Below are positions 57,201 through 64,000 of a stretch of 64,000 nt of DNA, piece after piece. The stretch comes from Amphiscolops sp. MND2022. Lineage: Eukaryota. A program made the position numbers and the translations under genes. The stretch covers positions 29,016,001 through 29,080,000 of the forward strand of contig OZ076414.1 of assembly GCA_964187785.1 (NCBI GenBank), given 5' to 3'. The notes under the pieces were generated by a model, which saw only the letters and a list, made by a program, of their open reading frames with translations, did not search any database and was not told the DNA's origin. Numbering within the stretch: the stretch's first letter is position 1; each line of letters opens with the position of its first letter.

Positions 57201-58782
57201 GTCATTACACATCAATCCGTATAATGGTGAATAAACATCATATGCCGTTCCGCATGATGACGCATAAGCATCACGTCTCGTTCCGCATGATGGCGTATAA
57301 GCACCACATCTTGTTTCGCATGATGACGTATAAGCATCACAATTCATTCCAATCGTTGATGTCATGCTCTTTCTAAAAAATGCGTATAGTGACGTGTAAT
57401 CACCACACATCGTTCTGTACATTGACGCATATCACTTATGCACGTGTTTGTATAAGCTTTACAGCGAGTTCCGCATAATGGCGTATACTCGTTATAGCTC
57501 AAGAGGTGCAATAGCGTATATTTGAGAAATTTTTCCTTTTGATGACGTATATTCTTCATATATCGACATAGAGAATGATGCCTAGTATATCTTTTCGATG
57601 TTCTTCTTGTTGTATTCTTCGTTTATCTGACTTCAGGGGAATGTTTAACTGAATTTTCTGTTGTTTGTTTTAGATAATTCAGCCTTCTCCGAACTAGAGG
57701 GACAAATGGATAGCGGGTTCAGACTTTTCAACAAATTTGCGGTATTCCTGTACAGTCAACTGCAAAGTATCTTATCCGATCAAACCCTGGGAAGTATTTC
57801 GGACTGGGACAGTTATTTGTGTCTTGATTTGGATCGGACTGATCTCCCATTCAAAACTGCTTCGGAATTCGTACTAAATGTCGATTACCACAATTTGGTG
57901 ATCACTAGCAAGTTGCCACGGCCAAGCAAATTCATAGATCAATCGATCGCGTTTTGCAAATCTTTTTGTAAGATCTTGTTACAACATGAGCTCGTCAGTT
58001 CAGACTTGATCCGAGGGTTGTCGTCATTTGACTTTGCCGTGATGATCGATGGACCAGAGAGGCACTATATCAGTTCAGTGGAAAAGCTCACCACTTGTTT
58101 TGTTAATTCGGGGTGGCTTTCTCCTAGTGATAAAGTCAAGTGCGTGAGCCAGTATCGTTCTCTGGTTACCAAACTAAGGGCAGATTCTGTGACCAAAGGT
58201 GACAATTGGGTGCACTTTCTTGCCTCACATTATGAAATGCAAAGCCGACCAGATCTGCTTCATTTGTACCGCTACGCTTGTCTTTGCCTGCCTCCATTTG
58301 TTGGCAAATTTGACCATTTTGAAGTGCCAGTTCCAAATTTATCATCTGACAAGGAAATGTTTCGTTCTTGTGTGACTAGTCTGCAGCAGTCCTACCTGAC
58401 TGTCCCGCATGTTTCTAGTTTGTATCGAGACCAACGCTCAATTGGCCGAGCGTTCCGGTTGCTGGCAAGAGGTCAGGACTTGTTGACTGACAAAAAATTT
58501 TCAATCTGGAATCTCCTCAAGGGTAGTGGCCCACGGAGAACTGCTCTTCAAGGCAAATTTGAGGCTGCCTACAAGAAATGTGTCCTACAGGCTGAAAAGG
58601 TGGTTGTGGAGTCTGGCGGGACCACCCCTAGTCTCAATAGGTCGACCAGTAATGCTAGCACCCCTTCTCCTGGGCCTTCTCTTGGGCGAACTAACGTGAC
58701 CGTGGCCCGTTGTTCTGATGATGGTTCCGGTGAATCTACTGTGACTGTTAAGCCAAAATCTTCGAAGACAAAGAAAAACTAA
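54204..58782 (+). CDS. Antisense multi-exon accessory gene of the right-hand Gypsy element (Zn finger plus conserved C-terminal domain)
   Basis: ORF pieces 54204-55712 (WCRVCKLELSLMSRDVLELMSHYRTEDH), 55741-56295, ~56340-56500 and 57661-58782. Homologous to 2121-6199. Exon boundaries and intactness not resolved. Confidence 0.6.
56860..57500. repeat. Degenerate short repeats (ccgcataatg/gcgtatag motifs) inside a probable intron; similar motifs at ~53290-53500
   Basis: Recurrent ccgcataat / gacgtata words. Confidence 0.6.
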
Positions 58783-58960
58783 TGTTGTAGTTGTTTTTAT
58801 TCTTTGACTGTGATTTTAGTCATTTGTATTACGTTTGTATTTATTTATGCTTTAGTAAGTCGTTCCGTTATTTATTTGTCAGGAGCGTACTTGCTTGTTG
58901 GAAACAAAAAACTCTCAGTTTGAAAAAGGGTACAAAGAGATTGTTGTTTGTTTGTAGTTT

Positions 58961-61900
58961 TTAATATCTGTAAGAGTCTGAGAAGTTTGGGTTGGGGTTA
59001 GGACGTAGATTGTATTTTTCACCTCGGGTGTTTATGGGTTCTTCTTGCAATGGGGTATTTTGTGAGTTTTCTGGGGTTTTTTGGGTTTGTTTTTCTTGTG
59101 TTTTTTCTTTTGGGGTTTTTTGGGAGATTTCTGTTTCATCATCTTGAATTTCTTGTTGGATTTCATCATGATTTTCTTCTTCGCGTTCAGTGGACTGTTC
59201 CACTGGGCTCCCCCCGCTGTTTTTTGGAAATTCGAGGGAGAGTGGGGGGTTATTGTCAGGTTCTTCAATAGGTTGATACTCAATATCATCGGTATTTTGT
59301 GTATGATCTGGGGGACTATCCTCAAAAGGATTAGGCCCAAAGTTAGTAATCCATGATTGGGCATATAGATCGTTGTGTGCCACTGGCGTTTGATCGTCTT
59401 TCTGCCAATCGGATTCTCTCACAAAAATGTCAGCTAAAGGTGTGTGTGGTGTTTTTTTCTCAACCGAATTCGATGTAAGAGTTGCGTTTTGTTCGTTCCT
59501 AATCTCCTGACAATGTAATTGTTGGTAGGGAGGACTTTCTCGACTTTGTAGGGGCCCTGCCATCTAAATTCCCGAAATGGTATTTTCGTTGCTTGTGTGT
59601 CAGCTTTGGGGTTTTATAGCAGTAGTCCGTGGTTTCTAGCGGTGACGCCTTTGCCTTCCTATCATAATAGGCTTTGTATTTAAGATAGGATTGCATTATG
59701 TTCTTTTTGGTTTGGTCTAATAGTATTTTCATTCTTCTTTGTATTTCTTCTGCTACATCAGTTTGGGGTTGGTATTTTGGATTAGGATTGTATCCTAGCT
59801 TGCAATCCAGTATGTTGTGTGGTATGCGCCTGTGGAACACTCGTGAAGGTTCACAACCAAGTGAAGCATGGTATGTTGTATTGTGGTTTAATACTGTTGA
59901 CGGCAAAAATTTATGCCAGTTATGTCGGAATTCTCCGGTTGCTGCTTTGAGTTGCGTTTTTACTGAAGCGTGGGTTCTTTCCAGAAGGCCTATTGTTTGG
60001 GCATGTTTCATTGTCGCATGTTTGAGTTCAACACCTAGGACAGCTGTGACTTCATGAGTTACCTGGGCGTTGAATTGTGTTCCAAGATCTGTTATGATTG
60101 TTGTTGAAAGGTATGTATGTTTGCATAAAACGTCCATTATGACTCGAGAGACTGATGTTGCGGTGATACGGGTCACTGGATAAGCAAACAGGTATCGTGA
60201 GAAAACATCGATTGCTGTTATCATAGGGTCGTATCCACCACTTGGTGAGAGGTTTCGTAGAATGTCCATTTGTAGGATGTCTTCAGGACCTAGATCCCAT
60301 TCTGGGCAAATAAGCAGTTCAGTTCTGAGGAGGTCGTTATTGATCCTTTTGGTTTGTATGCAGATTTGGCAATTATTGTCCCATTTTTTAATGTATTTTG
60401 CACTACAGGGGTCGTAGTATTTTTGACGCATTTCTTGTATCATCTTGGTGATACCTGGGTGGTTCGAATTGTGGCCATGTAGGGCTTGGAGTAATTCTTC
60501 GAGGAGTTGTGTTGGTAGCAAAATTTGGTAATGCGAAGTGGTTCCTGTGTCTGTGTAGTATTTGCGTGTCAGAACCTCTTGCTTGATTTCAATTCTAGTG
60601 ATGTTTTGGAGATAATGCTGGTATCTGTAGTCTGATGCCAAATCATTTTCATCAAACGGCTTGCCTTCTATTTTGGCTCTGAGGTTTCTGAGTACAATAT
60701 CATTGTTTTGTTCAAGTCTAATTCTTGCACTGTCACGGAAGTGTCCTTCTGAGGAGTTGTTGAGACCTGACCTGGTTTATGGATTTGTTGAAGTTCAGTA
60801 ATTTTGTTTTCTGGGTCGTTGTGGGCTTCGGTTTGAGCCTGATTTCTCACATTTTGTTTTTCTGCCCAGAGTTGGTTTTCGTCGAGTTCATCGTCGGGGA
60901 GGATGTAGATCTGTCCTTCTTCTACTATCCCCGTTGATTGTATGTTGACTGCTATGGCTCTTGTTTAGATGTCGTTTCTTATGCTCATTTCAAGTTTCTC
61001 AACTAGGTTGTTTTCCGTTCTTGATAGGAAATCCGCTGCGGTATTCATTGAACCAGCAACATGGGCAATAACAAAATTGTATTGCAAAACATAATCACAA
61101 GCATTCCAAAGTGCTGCAGGAATGAGTTTTGCTTGAAAAAAGCGGGTAACTGATCTGTTGTCGGTAAACACTTTAACTGAAGAGGTGCTGCCCCACATAA
61201 CGTGACCAAATTCGACAAATGCAAAGTATATAGAAAGGAATTCCTTTGCGTAAATTGACAATTTTGTTTGTGTTGAGTTGAAAGTTTTCGAACCAAATGC
61301 TATAGTTGCGTATGTTTTGCGTTTTGACTGGAGTTTTTGGTTGGGGTCGTCTTCTATCATGATAGCATATCCTGCCGCTGTAAAGCTTGCATCGGACATG
61401 ACTATGAGTTGTTTGTCTTTGAGGGGTTGTCTCAAAGCTAATTGGCAAAAGTTTTCGAGGAGTTTGTTCAGGTTGGTGAAGTCTTCTACCAGATTGGTGG
61501 GTACGTAGAATTTGGATGTTTCTTTGAGGAGTTTGAAGAACGGAGACAATCGTTCAGAGAGTCTCGGGATGAAGTTACGGTAGTAGTTTAAGAATCCGAT
61601 GTACCTTTGGAGTGCCTTTTTGCATTTGGGGAATTTCAGTTTGGACAAGAAATCTTTGACTTTGTCGGTTTGGGGAGCAACACCTTTAGGTGTAATCGTA
61701 CGACCTAGAAAGTCGACTTGTTTGACTCCGAAGTGACATTTAGACATCGTGAGTTTTAGGCCTGCGTTTCTGATGCATTCAAAAACTGTTCGGATAAATG
61801 TTTTGCATCGTTTGCTGCTATGCCGATATCATCGACATATTGTGCACATTGGTCGGCTTTGATTGCCCTATCAAGGTATTCTCTCATGAAGCTTGAAAAG

Positions 61901-63983
61901 GCAGAGAGAGATCTGCTAAGTCCTTGGGCAAGTCGTCGGTAGGCAAAGGTTCGGCTTGCGAAGTTGAAAGCAAGCATCTGAATAGATTGGTACTCGGCCA
62001 TTCGAAAGCAGTGGTACGCTTGGGAGCAGTCCAATTTGCAGAAAAGCTTCTTACCTGCCATATGTTGTCCGGCATCTGAGAGTGTGCTTACCGGGTGATT
62101 ATTGTTTATGTAGTCTTCAGTGATTAGGTTGTTGATTTTCCTAAGATCCACTAGAAGTCTGAGACGTCCATTTGGTTTGCGTTGTGCAAAAATGGGGCTA
62201 GCGTATTTTGAAAAGGGCATTGTTGTTATGATTCCATATTTGTGTAGAAGTGCTAGTTCTACCGTAATGTCATCTTTGAGGTTGATTGGTGTTGGTAAAT
62301 TTTGGCTGTATGCTGGTCTGTCATCATTTGGTGTGAGTTTGACCTTGAATTCACGATTGGTGCCAATGTCGAATCGGTGTCTTGCAAAAATGTCGTGAAA
62401 TTCGATGAGGATTTCTTCGATTTGTTTTCTTTCATCGGAATTGAGGGTTGTGTCAGTCCAATCGCAATTTGAGAGGAATGATTTCAGTGATTCTTCATTA
62501 TCCTGGGGGTTGAGCTGTTCGCGCTCTCTGAGTTCAAGGAGTTCATTGTAAATTCATTGTTGGATTGGAGTATGTTGTAGGATCTCCTGGTTCCTCTGGT
62601 GTTGGGAACCAATATGATTCCTGCTCAGGATTTTGTGATGGAACTTTCAGGAGTTCGTTTATGTAGATCTCAGTTGTATCTTCAAGTTGTATCATGAATG
62701 ATAACATTGCTGGGTCTACGGTTTGTATATGCTTGATTTGTTCTGGTGTGAGTATTTTGAAATCTGCTAAATGGGTGTCGCAGATTATTGTATATGGAAG
62801 TTCTGAGAATTTGATTATTTGGTACACGATGGCATTATTGTTGACCATGCTTAATGACAATGTGATTAAAATGCTGTCATGGTTTTCAAATTGTGGTGAA
62901 GGAGTAACTATTCCTGTTGCATTGTGGTCTAATAAATGAGGCATTCTGCTTGCTATGGCGAGGGTTTCCCTGGTTGTAGGGTGTAGGTATTTTCAGCAAA
63001 CAATGGCGTTGCTCGGCGCAATGATACTTGCGTGTCTGGTTTTAGTTGCATTGAAAGGTATGGAAAGGTTAAGATACCTTGTGTGACATCAAAAACTGCA
63101 TTGTTTCTGCGTAGGAAGCAGAGGCCAAGGAGTGGGTTTGGGAGGTTTTTCATGATGATGAAGTTTTCTCGTAACATGAAATCAGCCACTTCGAATTCGA
63201 GTAGGACTGCGCCGATTAGTACTTCTAATTGACCGTTGGCCACCATAATTTGGAAATTTGGCGGTGGGCCGGTATCTTTTATTGCTTCATTGGCTCATTG
63301 GCAATCAATTTGATTTTGTTAAGGTCTTGTTCAGAGATGGCACTAGTCAGGGCTCCTGTGTCAATGAGTCCATCAAGTGTAAGTTTTTCGAAGTCCATTG
63401 ACATGTAGTACATGTGGCGTTTGCGTTTTAATGTTAGCGAGGTTGACATTGGTAGGTATGACAGGTTGCGTTTTTGATCAAACTGGATGTGGTTTGAGAT
63501 ATCTTCGTCTAAAAGAGGTTGTTTTTGTTCATTGCAAGAAAAAATGTTTGGGTGGTGAATGTCTGGTAGATCGTCAGTGGGTGCGGGAGAGGGTTGGGTG
63601 TTATCTGAAAGATACTTATCAGGGGCATCTCTCATGAGTTCGTAGTATGATTCCTGTGGGGGTTCATTATTGTCAAAGTGAGTAGTTGTCTGCGGTGTGT
63701 ATTCAGGTTCTGTAGTTAATTGTTTGAGTTGTATATTTATTGTTTCCTTTTGACGCTGCCAGTCGTCTTGTGGTTTTGTCGTTTTTTGGGCGTTTTGATT
63801 GATAGGGCGTGACGTTTTTAGTTTAAATCCTTGGAAGAGAATTGTTGAGGTCGTTCTATCTTTGGTTTTATGGGTTTTTGAGCTTGTTTGTAGGTTTCTA
63901 TAATTTTCTTTGGGCATCAGTAAGATTCCATTTTGGTGGGCGGTTTTCCATGTTGGCGCCGAAGTAGCAGTTTTCTGCTTCAT
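58961..63983 (-). pseudogene. Degenerate Gypsy/Ty3 pol: protease, RT, RNase H and integrase, broken by frameshifts and stops
   Basis: LIDTGALTS (protease), YVDD and LDCSQAYH (RT), VMSDAS (RNase H), HPGITKM / DVFSRY / TDLGTQF (integrase), spread over at least seven ORF fragments. Confidence 0.92.
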
Positions 63984-64000
63984 GACCGGATGTATTGCAG

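Overview
Eukaryotic, almost certainly metazoan DNA (an R2 element sits at the canonical animal 28S site; the rRNA is long-branch and I cannot name the taxon). The centre (~11.6-53.0 kb) is one complete, apparently isolated rDNA unit: IGS with sub-repeats and three copies of a putative Pol I promoter, 5' ETS, 18S, ITS1 with 8x358-bp repeats, 5.8S, ITS2 and 28S. A 171-bp direct repeat brackets it. Gypsy-type LTR retrotransposons lie on both sides, and each carries an antisense, intron-containing accessory gene just after pol. The rDNA unit has three different site-specific insertions. (1) A head-to-tail dimer of a 4.4-kb element in 18S at AAGGCA^GCAG. It encodes a five-exon, ~610-aa tyrosine recombinase that is invisible in the raw ORF track. 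It has a loxP-like junction (10-bp inverted arms around a 6-bp core shared with 18S) and a captured copy of the host rDNA promoter region. This is the strongest candidate for an undescribed system: an rDNA-targeted Crypton-like integrative element. (2) A full-length R2 retrotransposon in 28S. (3) A tandem pair of an unclassified, structured 814-bp element right after the U2449-equivalent of 28S, with an 11-bp target repeat, a captured CCA-ended tRNA-Asp at its 5' junction and an internal segment antisense to the expected downstream target. Exon structures, alignments and RNA folds were worked out by eye; no database search was possible.
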